Below, one piece after another: positions 1 to 8,867 of a DNA stretch of 64,000 nucleotides; the stretch's first letter is position 1, and the number at the start of each line of letters is the position of its first letter. Position numbers and translations under genes: made by a program. Origin of the DNA: an uncultured Candidatus Saccharibacteria bacterium (GTDB lineage Bacteria > Patescibacteriota > Minisyncoccia > Phycocordibacterales > JAKAEA01); assembly GCA_964577595.1 (NCBI GenBank), contig CAZNZK010000001.1:140430-204429 (forward strand), read 5' to 3'. The notes beneath the pieces were generated by a model. That model saw nothing but the letters and a program-made list of their open reading frames with translations. It was not told the DNA's origin and searched no databases.

Positions 1-361
1 GGATGCCTAAAAAGCGCGCGGCCCAAAGCGCGGGAAAGCTAACATAGCCGCCCTTGGCGAAAACAACATCAGGGAAAATAAAATAGAGTGACCAAATTGC
101 CGTGACAATTCCCCACCCCGTGCGGAACAGGTCAAAAAAGTTGGCGATGGAAAAATAGCGGCGCATTTTACCGGCGCTATTGGGGACGAACGTGATGTTG
201 TTATCAAAAAGCTGTTGGCGATCATAGGGCTGGGGTGCCATGTAAAAAAGACGCACATCAACAAGCTTGGTGTCGGCCGCAATTGCCCGGATAGCTTGGG
301 CTACCGCGATAACCGGATAAAAATGCCCGCCCGTGCCACCGCCTGTTAATAAAATCTTCAT
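1..361 (-). CDS. murG: MurG (lipid I GlcNAc transferase), N-terminal part; gene continues past window start
   Basis: Minus-strand translation from ATG at 359-361 gives MKILLTGGGTGGHFYPVIAVAQAI...GGYVSFPALWAARFLGI, the Gly-rich MurG N-terminus; runs off the window edge. The listed ORF 7..282 is in a different frame. Confidence 0.8.
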   Translation of the reverse strand, partial: MKILLTGGGTGGHFYPVIAVAQAIRAIAADTKLVDVRLFYMAPQPYDRQQLFDNNITFVPNSAGKMRRYFSIANFFDLFRTGWGIVTAIWSLYFIFPDVVFAKGGYVSFPALWAARFLGI

Positions 362-379
362 AATAATTTTATACTACCT

Positions 380-1489
380 TTATTTTTGCTGTTTGGAAAC
401 ATTTAAAATAATACCGACTTCCGTGAGTGCAAAAAGGAGGGCTGTGCCTCCTTGGCTGACGAAAATGAGTGGCACGCCGACTAGCGGCAAAACGGCAAGC
501 ATGGCGGAGATATTAAGGAAGGATTGAACTACTATTGTGGTGACAAATCCTACTACCAAGGCCGAGGCGAAGGGGTCGCTGGTGCGTGTGGCGATACGGT
601 AGCCGCGCAGGGCGAAAAAAATAATAAGACCGATAAGCACAATAGACCCCACGAAGCCGAATTCCTCAGCGGCCACGGCAAAAATAGAGTCGCCAACTGG
701 CTCAGGTAGAAAATTAAATTTTTGAATACCTTGGCCAAAGCCACGGCCAAATGTTTGGCCGCTACCGACGGCAATCAGGGCTTGTTGGATTTGATAGCCA
801 CTACCCAGGGCGTCGTGCGATGGGTCAAAAAAAGTAAGAAAGCGTTCCATGAGGTACGGCCGGGCTAAAGCCAAACCGCCGAGTGCTAGGGCGCCGATAA
901 GGGCCATGAGGCCGACGTGTCGCCACTTCCCGCCCGCGCTGATGAACATGGCTAGCAGGGCTGTTAAAATAACGGCGCAGGTGCCAGTATCGGGTTCTTT
1001 AATGAGTAGGGCGGCGATGAGTATACTCATGACGGCCAGCGGCACTAGGCCGGAACGCACTGTAGCAACGCCTTTTTTAACGCTCGCTATCCAGGCGGCA
1101 AAGTAAATAACGGCGGCAAATTTAAGTAATTCTGAAGGCTGAAAGGAGAATGGACCAAAATCAATCCAGCGCCGAGCACCGTTGTAGGAAAAACCGATTT
1201 TTGGCAAGAATACCGCGGCGCAGGCGGCGAGGGCGATAATAAAAAGCCAGAGTGCCCAGCCGCGCCAACGCCGATAGGAAATACTGGAAAAGATGAGCAG
1301 TAAAAATGTGCCGGCCACGAAGCCTAGGGCGAATTGTTTGCCAATGACTGTGGTATAGCTGATGCTTTGTCGAGCGGCCAAGCCCATGGCGGCCGAGGTG
1401 AAAATAAAAAAGCCGGCTACAACCAAGAGGACTGTAGCCAACAAGAACGACTTATCAAGAGAGTGAAGGCGCATCCTTCCTATTATCAC
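380..1489 (-). CDS. ftsW: SEDS-family peptidoglycan glycosyltransferase FtsW/RodA
   Basis: 369 aa polytopic membrane protein with FtsW/RodA-like conserved segments (…GFQPSEL.K…, …GSGQTFGRGFGQG…); lies between mraY and murG as in a dcw cluster. Confidence 0.85.
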   Translation of the reverse strand: MIIGRMRLHSLDKSFLLATVLLVVAGFFIFTSAAMGLAARQSISYTTVIGKQFALGFVAGTFLLLIFSSISYRRWRGWALWLFIIALAACAAVFLPKIGFSYNGARRWIDFGPFSFQPSELLKFAAVIYFAAWIASVKKGVATVRSGLVPLAVMSILIAALLIKEPDTGTCAVILTALLAMFISAGGKWRHVGLMALIGALALGGLALARPYLMERFLTFFDPSHDALGSGYQIQQALIAVGSGQTFGRGFGQGIQKFNFLPEPVGDSIFAVAAEEFGFVGSIVLIGLIIFFALRGYRIATRTSDPFASALVVGFVTTIVVQSFLNISAMLAVLPLVGVPLIFVSQGGTALLFALTEVGIILNVSKQQK

Positions 1490-1501
1490 TCGCCGAGGCG
1501 T

Positions 1502-2581
1502 TTATGTCATCCACAATATAGCCAGAATCATGCCGAGCATGCCTAAAACGATAGCTAAAATCCAGTAGCGCATGGTCACTTTGGCGGCGGTCCAGCCTTT
1601 GGCTTCAAAGTGATGATGGAGTGGCGCGACGTGAAAAACTTTCTTACCATTACGGAATTTTTTAGAAAGAACCTGGATGATGACTGAAGCTACGGTAATA
1701 ACGAATAGAAAACCGATGACGGGCAGGACGAGAATGCCATAGCCGCCACCCAGGGAATCTGTCATAAAAGCCACTGTGGCCAAGCAGAGGGTTAAGGCCA
1801 TACTGCCGGTTTCGGTCATATAAAAGCGGGCGGGCGGAATATTGAACCACAAGAAAGCTAAAATGCCTCCAACAATCACCGAGCAGAGTGCCGCCAGGTC
1901 AAACTGGTGTTGAAAAAAAGCGATGCCGCCATATGCGGTAAAGCACGCGGCAAAAATGCCGCCGGAAAGACCGTCCAAGCCGTCTATAATACCACCGGCG
2001 TATACGGCCATCATTACGAGCATGAAGAAAATCGGAAAGAAAATACCTAAAGGTAGAGTGCCGCCAAGGGGTAAGCCAATACCGCTGACGCCGAGCTTGG
2101 CGAAAAACCACATGCCACAAGCTAGGCCAATGACGGCTACAACCATGAGGCGCTTACGAAGTGAAAGACCGCCGGCTTTGCGAGCTAAGGAACCGGTCAC
2201 CTCTAGATAGTCGTCATAGAGGCCAACAAAGGCACCAAGTATTAAAACAGCAAGTGGAATAAGTGTTTGACTACGACTTAAGAAATCAAAATGGTGAGAA
2301 ATGCCGCCCGGAGAGATGTGGCCCAAGACCCAAAAAATCGCCACAGTGATCACTGTGCTAGCCCAAATAACGATGCCGCCCATACGCGGCGTGCCCACTT
2401 CTTTTTGTTTATGGAGCTCGTTGAAAATTGGCGTAGTGTTGCCGTCAAAATCAATTTTACCGGCTTTTTTCTTCCACATTCGGTGACGATAGAGGTATCC
2501 GCTTATAAGCGGTGTTAGGGCGATGCCGACAACAAAAGCCACTGTCCCCGGTAAAAACAGTTTGAGAATATCAGTATTCAT
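1502..2581 (-). CDS. mraY: Phospho-N-acetylmuramoyl-pentapeptide transferase MraY
   Basis: 359 aa membrane protein with MraY signature motifs (…NIPPARFYM…, HVAPLHHHFE). Confidence 0.9.
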   Translation of the reverse strand: MNTDILKLFLPGTVAFVVGIALTPLISGYLYRHRMWKKKAGKIDFDGNTTPIFNELHKQKEVGTPRMGGIVIWASTVITVAIFWVLGHISPGGISHHFDFLSRSQTLIPLAVLILGAFVGLYDDYLEVTGSLARKAGGLSLRKRLMVVAVIGLACGMWFFAKLGVSGIGLPLGGTLPLGIFFPIFFMLVMMAVYAGGIIDGLDGLSGGIFAACFTAYGGIAFFQHQFDLAALCSVIVGGILAFLWFNIPPARFYMTETGSMALTLCLATVAFMTDSLGGGYGILVLPVIGFLFVITVASVIIQVLSKKFRNGKKVFHVAPLHHHFEAKGWTAAKVTMRYWILAIVLGMLGMILAILWMT

Positions 2582-2607
2582 ACATATATGTAAAAACTAT
2601 ACCACAA

Positions 2608-3678
2608 TTATTCGCCAGCGCTAATGACTTGGGCCGCAGAAGCGGCAAGCGTGGCAACATCGGTAAAGCGGTTAGTTTCAGTGGAACCCAGGACGATGAT
2701 AGCTACAGGATGCCCATTAATGTCGGTGATGATACCGAGGTTGCCGCCCGCCAGGTCGGTATAGCCAGTTTTACTCGCAATAAGGTCTAGGCCCTGTAGG
2801 GAGAGAACGTCGGTATTATTACCGGTGTGTTGAATATTGCTGAGTGAGGACACGCTAATGGTTGGAAATCGTGTGGCGCTTATAATGCTGGGATAATGGA
2901 CGGCTAAGTAGACTAATAATTTTTCCACATCCTCCGCGGAAGCGTAGGCGCCGGCAGAAATGCTTTCTAGATCAAGGCCGCTGGGGTTGAAGAATCGGGC
3001 ACTGGTTAGGCCGAGTGTACCCGCGAAAGTATTCATTGATTGCACAAACACGGCTTCGTCGTTGGCAATTTCTGCTGTTGATGTGCCGAGCACGAGCACG
3101 GCGGTATTCGGGGCGACGGGTGGTGTAGAGAGAGTGGGTGTTTGGAGGTGCGATTCGTCCGCGGCTTCTACGGGGTGGCGTGTAAGAGCGCCTATGTTTT
3201 GGGCCACGCTTATGGCTCCGCTATTAGAAGAAACCACCAAGGTGAAGCGGAGAAGGTCGCCAAGCCGCCAGCGTTCGTCTACATAGAGACCGGAATTACC
3301 CTCGCCATTAATTACCGCGTTACGCGTGACTGCCACTATGGTGGTGGTTGGCGCTTCGTTAAGCGCCGTGGCTGTGGTCATGAGTTTTGTTAGCGAAGCC
3401 AGTGGCAAAGGGATGTCTGCATTCTTGCTAAAGAGAGCGGTTCCCGTAGAAAGATCAACCACATATATAGCTTTTGCTTCTAGGGTTGTTGAAGCGAAGA
3501 AATTACTCCAGTCGGGCGCCGGTGGTGTTGGCGGCGCTGTGTTTTTACTGTGGTGCAGATCGGCAATGATAGAAAGCGTCACCGGAAAGGCAACTATCAC
3601 AATAGCCGTCACGCCGATAGTGATGCCTATCCAAAAAAATTGTTTTCGCCGATGTCGACGGTAGTGAAATGGTCCCAT
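2608..3678 (-). CDS. Serine-type D-Ala-D-Ala carboxypeptidase (PBP5-like), membrane anchored
   Basis: N-terminal TM segment; SxxK (SLTKLMT), SxN (SSN) and KTG motifs of penicillin-binding D,D-carboxypeptidases. Confidence 0.75.
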   Translation of the reverse strand: MGPFHYRRHRRKQFFWIGITIGVTAIVIVAFPVTLSIIADLHHSKNTAPPTPPAPDWSNFFASTTLEAKAIYVVDLSTGTALFSKNADIPLPLASLTKLMTTATALNEAPTTTIVAVTRNAVINGEGNSGLYVDERWRLGDLLRFTLVVSSNSGAISVAQNIGALTRHPVEAADESHLQTPTLSTPPVAPNTAVLVLGTSTAEIANDEAVFVQSMNTFAGTLGLTSARFFNPSGLDLESISAGAYASAEDVEKLLVYLAVHYPSIISATRFPTISVSSLSNIQHTGNNTDVLSLQGLDLIASKTGYTDLAGGNLGIITDINGHPVAIIVLGSTETNRFTDVATLAASAAQVISAGE

Positions 3679-3691
3679 TCGTTATTGCGAG

Positions 3692-4270
3692 CTAAGCTTC
3701 CGGCGCTTGTGGCTCTGGTTTATTTTCCGCATCGGCCGCTTTCTGGCGCTCGGCGATTTCTTCCTGCATTTTTGCGTATTCTGGCAGGTCGCTAGCTCGG
3801 CTTACGCCCAGGTAGCCGAGAAGCGCCGTTGTGGGCTCATAAAAAGCTCCGCGTTGCTGTTTTTCTTTTTTCTCCACGCGCTCCACGAGGCCGCGGATGA
3901 GCAGGTTGCGTAAAATATACGAGCAATTAACGCCACGGATATATTCAATATCGCGGCGGCTAACCGGCCCGCGATAGAGTACGATTGCCAATGTTTCTAA
4001 GCCGGCTTTACCGAGGTCTTTAATGAGTTCTTCTTTAACCAGGTGCTCAATAAGTGGCCCGGTGAAGGCGGCGGTGCCCAGCAACACTTCTTCGCCGGTA
4101 AAAATAAGCTGCAATCCCCTGCCCTCCAGGTTTTTTTCTAATTCAGCTAAAGCCTTTTCTGTGGCTTCCATATCGGCACCAGCTAATTCGGCCAGGCGAC
4201 TCTTCTTCACCGGTTCGCCTTTCCAAAACAAAATCGCTTCAATTTTTGCGGCTAACGATAATGGGGGCAT
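3692..4270 (-). CDS. scpB: Segregation and condensation protein B
   Basis: 192 aa; ScpB-like winged-helix sequence (…IEAILFWKGEPV…LAIVLYRGPVSRRDIEYIRGVN…) adjacent to scpA. Confidence 0.8.
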   Translation of the reverse strand: MPPLSLAAKIEAILFWKGEPVKKSRLAELAGADMEATEKALAELEKNLEGRGLQLIFTGEEVLLGTAAFTGPLIEHLVKEELIKDLGKAGLETLAIVLYRGPVSRRDIEYIRGVNCSYILRNLLIRGLVERVEKKEKQQRGAFYEPTTALLGYLGVSRASDLPEYAKMQEEIAERQKAADAENKPEPQAPEA

Positions 4271-4305
4271 TGGGGTATTTTAACGCAGTTATTTTTAAAT
4301 GGCCA

Positions 4306-5046
4306 TTAATAGCGTGGTGTGCTCACATTCTGCGTTTCCATTTCAATATCACCGAAATCACTTTCTTGCTTTACGGCCAACACACCACGCTTCACGAGCT
4401 CTAGCATGGCTAAAAAACTCACAATGACACCCACTTTTTGCTCACGAGTGTCGCCGCCTTTTGCATTCGTTTTAGAAAAATCGCGAAAACTCATTTTTAA
4501 CGCGGAGCTAATGCGTTCCGAGAGTTGGCCAATCATTTCTTCCAACGAAATGACTTTCCTGACGATAGTCGTCGGCAACTTTTCCTTGCTCGGCATGGCT
4601 GCCAAAACGTGCTGGATGGCGGCGAAAAGGGCGGCCGGGGTCATGCCGGCATCGGGTGAAAAAACCGGCTCAATAGTTCTCGGCGGATTTTTCTCAAAAA
4701 TCATGTGTTTGCCCCAGCGTTCGCGCAAATGGCCGGTGAGCTCACGAATGCGTCTGTAGAGTTCCAGGCGCCGCTCCAAGTCGTGAATATTTTCCTCCTC
4801 TTCAGGCGAAAGGGTTAACGCCGGCAGGAGTGATTTTGACTTAATCAAAAGCAGCGTGCTCGCCACTAAAATAAACTGGGCGCTTTCCGCCACCGGAAAA
4901 TTTTCCAGCTGATTGAGATGGCCAATGAAGTCGTCGGCTACGGCCGAAAGTGAAAGGTCATTGATGAAAAGCTTGCGTTTTTCTACTAATTCAAGCAGGA
5001 GCTCCAGCGGCCCCTCAAATTTTTCAGTTTTGACTTTCCAGTCCAT
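4306..5046 (-). CDS. scpA: Segregation and condensation protein A (kleisin)
   Basis: 246 aa; N-terminal …FEGPLELLLELV…KLFINDLSL… typical of ScpA; followed by scpB. Confidence 0.8.
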   Translation of the reverse strand: MDWKVKTEKFEGPLELLLELVEKRKLFINDLSLSAVADDFIGHLNQLENFPVAESAQFILVASTLLLIKSKSLLPALTLSPEEEENIHDLERRLELYRRIRELTGHLRERWGKHMIFEKNPPRTIEPVFSPDAGMTPAALFAAIQHVLAAMPSKEKLPTTIVRKVISLEEMIGQLSERISSALKMSFRDFSKTNAKGGDTREQKVGVIVSFLAMLELVKRGVLAVKQESDFGDIEMETQNVSTPRY

Positions 5047-5054
5047 ACTGCTCG

Positions 5055-6386
5055 TTATTGTGACAAGCGAATATCAATGCGGTTGATATCGCGCGGAAAA
5101 AGGGTGGCTTCCTTGACGTTTTCTAGGCCAAGTAATTTCGCGGTGAGACGTTCCAAACCAAGGCCTAGTCCTCCGTGTGGCGGCATGCCATATTTGAAGG
5201 CTTGTAGATAAAAACCGAATTTTTCGGGGTTGAGGCCTTTGCGTTGCATTGAGGCAACGAGAGTATCGTAATCGTGGATGCGCTGAGCCAGAGTGGTGAT
5301 TTCAACACCGCGGAAAAGGAGGTCGCCGCCACGAGCGTAACCCATATCGGCGGGGTCTTCCATGGTATAAAATGGGCGCTTAGAGAGCGGAAAGTGGGTG
5401 ATGAAAATAAAATCGGAGCCATATTTTTTTTGAGCATATTCGCAGAGCCAGCGTTCGTGTTGGGGTTCTAAATCGGGCTCGTTAGCGCAATCAACGCCGT
5501 ATTCTTTTTTAATAATTTCTTGTGCTTCGCGGAGTTTGAGTGCTGGGATCTTTTCCGGCACGGTTGGAATCTCCGCTTTTAAAAGAGCGAATTCGGCGGC
5601 GCACTGCTCTTTAAGGCGTAGCATGATGTGGCTTAAAAAGCCTGTTTCCATGGCCATAACATCCTCATGGCTTTCAATGAAACCCATTTCTATATCAAGC
5701 GAGGTGTATTCGTTGAGGTGACGCGAGGTGCTGTGTTTTTCTGCGCGATAGACATTCCCCGCGGCAAAAACGCGTTCAAAAACACCCACCATTATTTGCT
5801 TATATAGTTGGGGGCTTTGGGCTAAATGAGCGGTGTGGCCGAAATATTCAATATCAAAGGAGTTGGCACCGCCTTCGGCGTCTTCGCCGATGAGTTTCGG
5901 TGCTTGAAATTCAACGAAACCTTGATTCGTTAAATATTCTCGAAAAGCGCCAATAATTACAGCTTGTACTTTGAATACTGCTTTCTTTTGTTCGGTGCGA
6001 AGGGTTAACGGTAAATAATCCAGATACGTATCTAAGTTAAGCTCGGCATTTTGCTCAAACGGCAACTCTTTGGCGGCGACAAGGGTTTTAATTTCCAGAA
6101 CTTCAATTTCCACCCCCCCATTCGCCTCGTCTTTGTTGACCATTTTGGCTGGGCGTTCGTTGACCTTGCCCTTTACTTCCAACACCCATTCAGGGCGGGC
6201 TTGGCCGGCCAGCTTGTGGGCCCCGGCGTGATTGGGAAGGGCCACCATTTGCACCTTACCCGAGCGGTCACGTAAATCAAGGAAAATAAGCTTGCCGTGG
6301 TCGCGGCGCACATCTACCCAGCCGGCAATGGTCACTTCCTTGCCGATATGGTTTTTAAGATCGCTGATAAGGGTGCGGTTTTTCAT
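5055..6386 (-). CDS. aspS: Aspartate--tRNA ligase, short archaeal/class IIb type (likely non-discriminating)
   Basis: 443 aa class IIb aaRS; N-terminal OB anticodon domain, QSPQLYKQ flipping-loop motif (AspRS rather than AsnRS QSGQ), motif 3 …GLGLGLERL…. Confidence 0.8.
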   Translation of the reverse strand: MKNRTLISDLKNHIGKEVTIAGWVDVRRDHGKLIFLDLRDRSGKVQMVALPNHAGAHKLAGQARPEWVLEVKGKVNERPAKMVNKDEANGGVEIEVLEIKTLVAAKELPFEQNAELNLDTYLDYLPLTLRTEQKKAVFKVQAVIIGAFREYLTNQGFVEFQAPKLIGEDAEGGANSFDIEYFGHTAHLAQSPQLYKQIMVGVFERVFAAGNVYRAEKHSTSRHLNEYTSLDIEMGFIESHEDVMAMETGFLSHIMLRLKEQCAAEFALLKAEIPTVPEKIPALKLREAQEIIKKEYGVDCANEPDLEPQHERWLCEYAQKKYGSDFIFITHFPLSKRPFYTMEDPADMGYARGGDLLFRGVEITTLAQRIHDYDTLVASMQRKGLNPEKFGFYLQAFKYGMPPHGGLGLGLERLTAKLLGLENVKEATLFPRDINRIDIRLSQ

Positions 6387-6482
6387 AGAATTTATATTTC
6401 CTTCATACTAGCAGATTTTTGCCAAAATAACAGCACCCCTCCTCTACAAAGAATTGACACCAAAAATTTTCTAATGAGCAAT

Positions 6483-6540
6483 GCTGAAATTTAACTTTTC
6501 TTTAAGAAATATTGATGAGAATTTCAGCACCTTTTTGTTT
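6483..6540 (+). promoter_or_regulatory. Stem-loop (9-bp arms gctgaaatt/aatttcagc, about 28-nt loop) followed by T-tract in the pilin leader region; possible attenuator
   Basis: Perfect inverted repeat read directly; followed by tttttgtttt; no upstream + strand gene, so its role is unclear. Confidence 0.3.
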
Positions 6541-6572
6541 TAATACTGGCTTATTAGTAAGCATAAAAAACT

Positions 6573-7055
6573 ATGCAAAAAAAGAAAACACCCAAGGTGA
6601 AGAGTCCGAAGCCGGCTCCAAAAGGCTTTACGTTAATAGAATTGCTGGTAGTAATTGGCATCATCGGCATTTTGGCGGCCGTGGTTCTTGTGGCGGTGAA
6701 CCCGGGAAAGCAGTTTGCTCAGGCTCGTAACACGCAACGCCAGGCGGCGATAGCGTCAATTCTTGACGCGGTTGACCAAAACATGACCGACCATAATGGT
6801 CTTTTTAGTTGCGCTTCGTACCCCACATTGCCTTCCACGACAATGTACATATCCAATGACCAGGTGGATATTTGGAAGTGTTTAGCTCCCGACTACCTCG
6901 CTGTTTTGCCAATTGATCCGAGTGTTGGGGTATCAATGGATAGCGACAATAAATACAATACGCAATTCCAAATAATTCAAGATCCTGTTTCCAGTCGCGT
7001 TACAGTGTCAGCACCCTATGCCGAGCTAAGTCAAAATCTCTCCATCACGCGCTAG
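6573..7055 (+). CDS. Type IV pilin / pseudopilin with prepilin N-methylation motif
   Basis: Basic 18-aa leader then G|FTLIELLVVIGIIGILAAV (class III signal peptide/PilD site, E+5), mature domain about 140 aa. Confidence 0.85.
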   Translation: MQKKKTPKVKSPKPAPKGFTLIELLVVIGIIGILAAVVLVAVNPGKQFAQARNTQRQAAIASILDAVDQNMTDHNGLFSCASYPTLPSTTMYISNDQVDIWKCLAPDYLAVLPIDPSVGVSMDSDNKYNTQFQIIQDPVSSRVTVSAPYAELSQNLSITR

Positions 7056-7065
7056 CTCGTAGGGG

Positions 7066-7659
7066 TTAGTACTTCCTCACCACGCCACGCACAATAGCGG
7101 CCACGCGAAAACTATGCTCCGGATGAATAGGGGCATAGTTTTTGTTGGCTGGCTCAAGCCATGGCCGGCCGCCCTTGCCACCTTTTTCATGAAAATATTT
7201 CATCGTCCATTCGCCATCTACTTCAGCAACGACGATGTCGCCCTCTTTAGCTTTTTCTGTGCGCTCCACAATTACCAAATCACCCGGAGCGATGTGGGCC
7301 TCTATCATGGAGTCGCCGTCAACTTCCAGGGTGTATGTTTTTGTTTTATCTTTTATTAAAAATTCGTCAAAGCTGATCATGTCGCTTTCGTCAATGTTGG
7401 CAGTTTCTACGCCATCAATAGCGGAAGGAAAGCCGGCTTTTACAAGCCCCAGCATCGGTGTTTGTTGAAAAAGGGCTGTAGGCATCAAGCGGCCCAAATG
7501 GTCCTTAGCAACAATCCCAGCCGCAACCATCTTCCCTACTAGGCGGAAAACGGCGTTTTTTGATTTGAAGCCCCAGAGCTTTGCCAGCTCGGTGTAGGTA
7601 GGCATGCGCTTGTGGCCGTGGTAGAAATCCAGAAGTTTTTCTTTGTGTGAGGAGTCCAT
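7066..7659 (-). CDS. lexA: LexA repressor (S24 peptidase)
   Basis: 197 aa; N-terminal winged HTH, C-terminal S24 domain with catalytic Ser (GDSM) and Lys (…EWTMKY…). Confidence 0.85.
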   Translation of the reverse strand: MDSSHKEKLLDFYHGHKRMPTYTELAKLWGFKSKNAVFRLVGKMVAAGIVAKDHLGRLMPTALFQQTPMLGLVKAGFPSAIDGVETANIDESDMISFDEFLIKDKTKTYTLEVDGDSMIEAHIAPGDLVIVERTEKAKEGDIVVAEVDGEWTMKYFHEKGGKGGRPWLEPANKNYAPIHPEHSFRVAAIVRGVVRKY

Positions 7660-7680
7660 GTGATAAGTATAGACCAGAAA

Positions 7681-7902
7681 TTAAAGGAAAGAAGCGAAGC
7701 GCATGATTTGGCCCAAAGGGTTAGACAGCTGACTGAACATTGACGGCCGGCGCGAGCGAGCTTTGCGCATTTGGACGCGGAGCATTTTGTGGCGGCGGGC
7801 TTCGTCGCTGTAATCAAGACCGCGCATTATTTTGCGGTCAATAGTTTGATTCAGGACCCCCAACTGCGATTCAATCTCCCTCTCAAATTGTAGTGATGTC
7901 AT
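7681..7902 (-). CDS. Small hypothetical protein between the SOS-box promoter and lexA
   Basis: 73-aa ORF in the lexA leader; no clear SD; existence uncertain. Confidence 0.3.
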   Translation of the reverse strand: MTSLQFEREIESQLGVLNQTIDRKIMRGLDYSDEARRHKMLRVQMRKARSRRPSMFSQLSNPLGQIMRFASFL

Positions 7903-7923
7903 ATGAATAAAAGTTATTTGATA

Positions 7924-7975
7924 ATGTAGTTGTTCTGACTACATTAGTAGTATAGTGAACGAGCGTTCACAAAGC
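7924..7975 (-). promoter_or_regulatory. Putative LexA (Cheo-type) SOS box GTGAACGAGCGTTCAC inside a sigma70-like promoter (TTGCTT-17-TATACT) upstream of the lexA operon; adjacent second palindrome ATGTAGT-N7-ACTACAT
   Basis: Perfect palindrome at 7955-7970 matching GAAC-N4-GTTC, located in the spacer between -35 and -10 hexamers read on the minus strand; the second IR is at 7924-7944. Confidence 0.55.
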
Positions 7976-7996
7976 AAGCCCACCGCTGTGGATAAC

Positions 7997-8665
7997 TCAT
8001 TGCGCCCTAAGGTTGGCGATATATACAAAATACGAATAGATGAAAATGGCGAGGGTGGCACCAATAAGTGGCACAAAAATAAACCACAAAGTAAGTGTCT
8101 TGGGCACAAAAGCGGCGATTAAAATGAAGGCCGCGGAAATTTCAAATAATACCCTACCGAAGCGGTGTGTTTTGTTCCAAGCGATGTCGTTTGAAATAGT
8201 CCAGGGTGTGCGAATGCCCACGAACCAGTTACGTTTTATGTACGGCAACAATGCTCCTAAAATAAACATAAATGCCGCTAAGGGTAATAAAATAAGCGTC
8301 GGCATGGCAAGTCGCCAGCCCAAATTAGCACCAAGGGTAAGGGCGTAAATGTATGCCATAAACGCAATCATCAGGAAGATGATGAAATCGTATACATAAC
8401 GAAAACCCTTGAAACCCGGAGCGATAGGATCAATAAACGGCAAGATTGCCCAGAAGATGACGGCGGCCAGCATAATAAGTGGCAGAAGGAAAGCTCCAGC
8501 AAAAGCACTTATGGTGCCATTGGCTTGACCGCCAGCATTCCAATGCGATACGAAATGACTCGGCAGTATTGGGTACACAATAGCTCCAGTCGTAAAACAG
8601 GCCGCCACCATAACGAGAAGCATGGCGCCAACAACACGGGGGTTCATGCACATAGCATAGCACAT
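7997..8665 (-). CDS. DUF1648/SdpI-family membrane protein
   Basis: 222 aa polytopic protein; …HWNAGGQANG… (DUF1648-like) and NWFVGIRTPWTISNDIAWNKTHRFG (SdpI/YhfL signature). Confidence 0.6.
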   Translation of the reverse strand: MCYAMCMNPRVVGAMLLVMVAACFTTGAIVYPILPSHFVSHWNAGGQANGTISAFAGAFLLPLIMLAAVIFWAILPFIDPIAPGFKGFRYVYDFIIFLMIAFMAYIYALTLGANLGWRLAMPTLILLPLAAFMFILGALLPYIKRNWFVGIRTPWTISNDIAWNKTHRFGRVLFEISAAFILIAAFVPKTLTLWFIFVPLIGATLAIFIYSYFVYIANLRAQ

Positions 8666-8689
8666 TCTTTAGCTCTTCCATTAAAAACG

Positions 8690-8767
8690 TGGTGACCCCT
8701 ACGGGATTCGAACCCGTGTTCCAAGCTTGAGAAGCTCGTGTCCTGGACCAGGCTAGACGAAAGGGCC
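8690..8767 (-). tRNA. tRNA-Glu (anticodon CTC), CCA encoded
   Basis: Cloverleaf read by hand: acceptor GGCCCTT/AGGGGTC, D arm, anticodon stem CGAGC/GCTTG with loop TTCTCAA, T arm ACGGG-TTCGAAT-CCCGT, discriminator A, CCA. Confidence 0.75.
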
Positions 8768-8802
8768 GGTTTGTTGCGGAACTATAACAAGAAAATACCT
8801 CT

Positions 8803-8867
8803 AAAGCAAAAAGGGTTTTCTCGGGGAGATAAACGATGCAAGCCCCTTCGAAAACCCTTTTTGCTTT
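8803..8867 (-). repeat. Copy 1 of conserved hairpin element (core TTTTCTCGGGGRGATAAACGATGCAAGYCCCTWCGAAAA) with 18-bp outer inverted repeat, at the dnaJ 3' end; terminator-like
   Basis: Outer arms aaagcaaaaagggttttc / gaaaaccctttttgcttt are perfect complements; inner GGGG…CCCC stem; near-identical core recurs at 26841-26900. Confidence 0.5.

Noticed and set aside
7-282. 91-aa minus-strand ORF at the window start
   Set aside because: It lies in a different frame from the clearly recognisable MurG N-terminus (1-361, ATG at 359-361). Its sequence is low complexity and shows no homology pattern.
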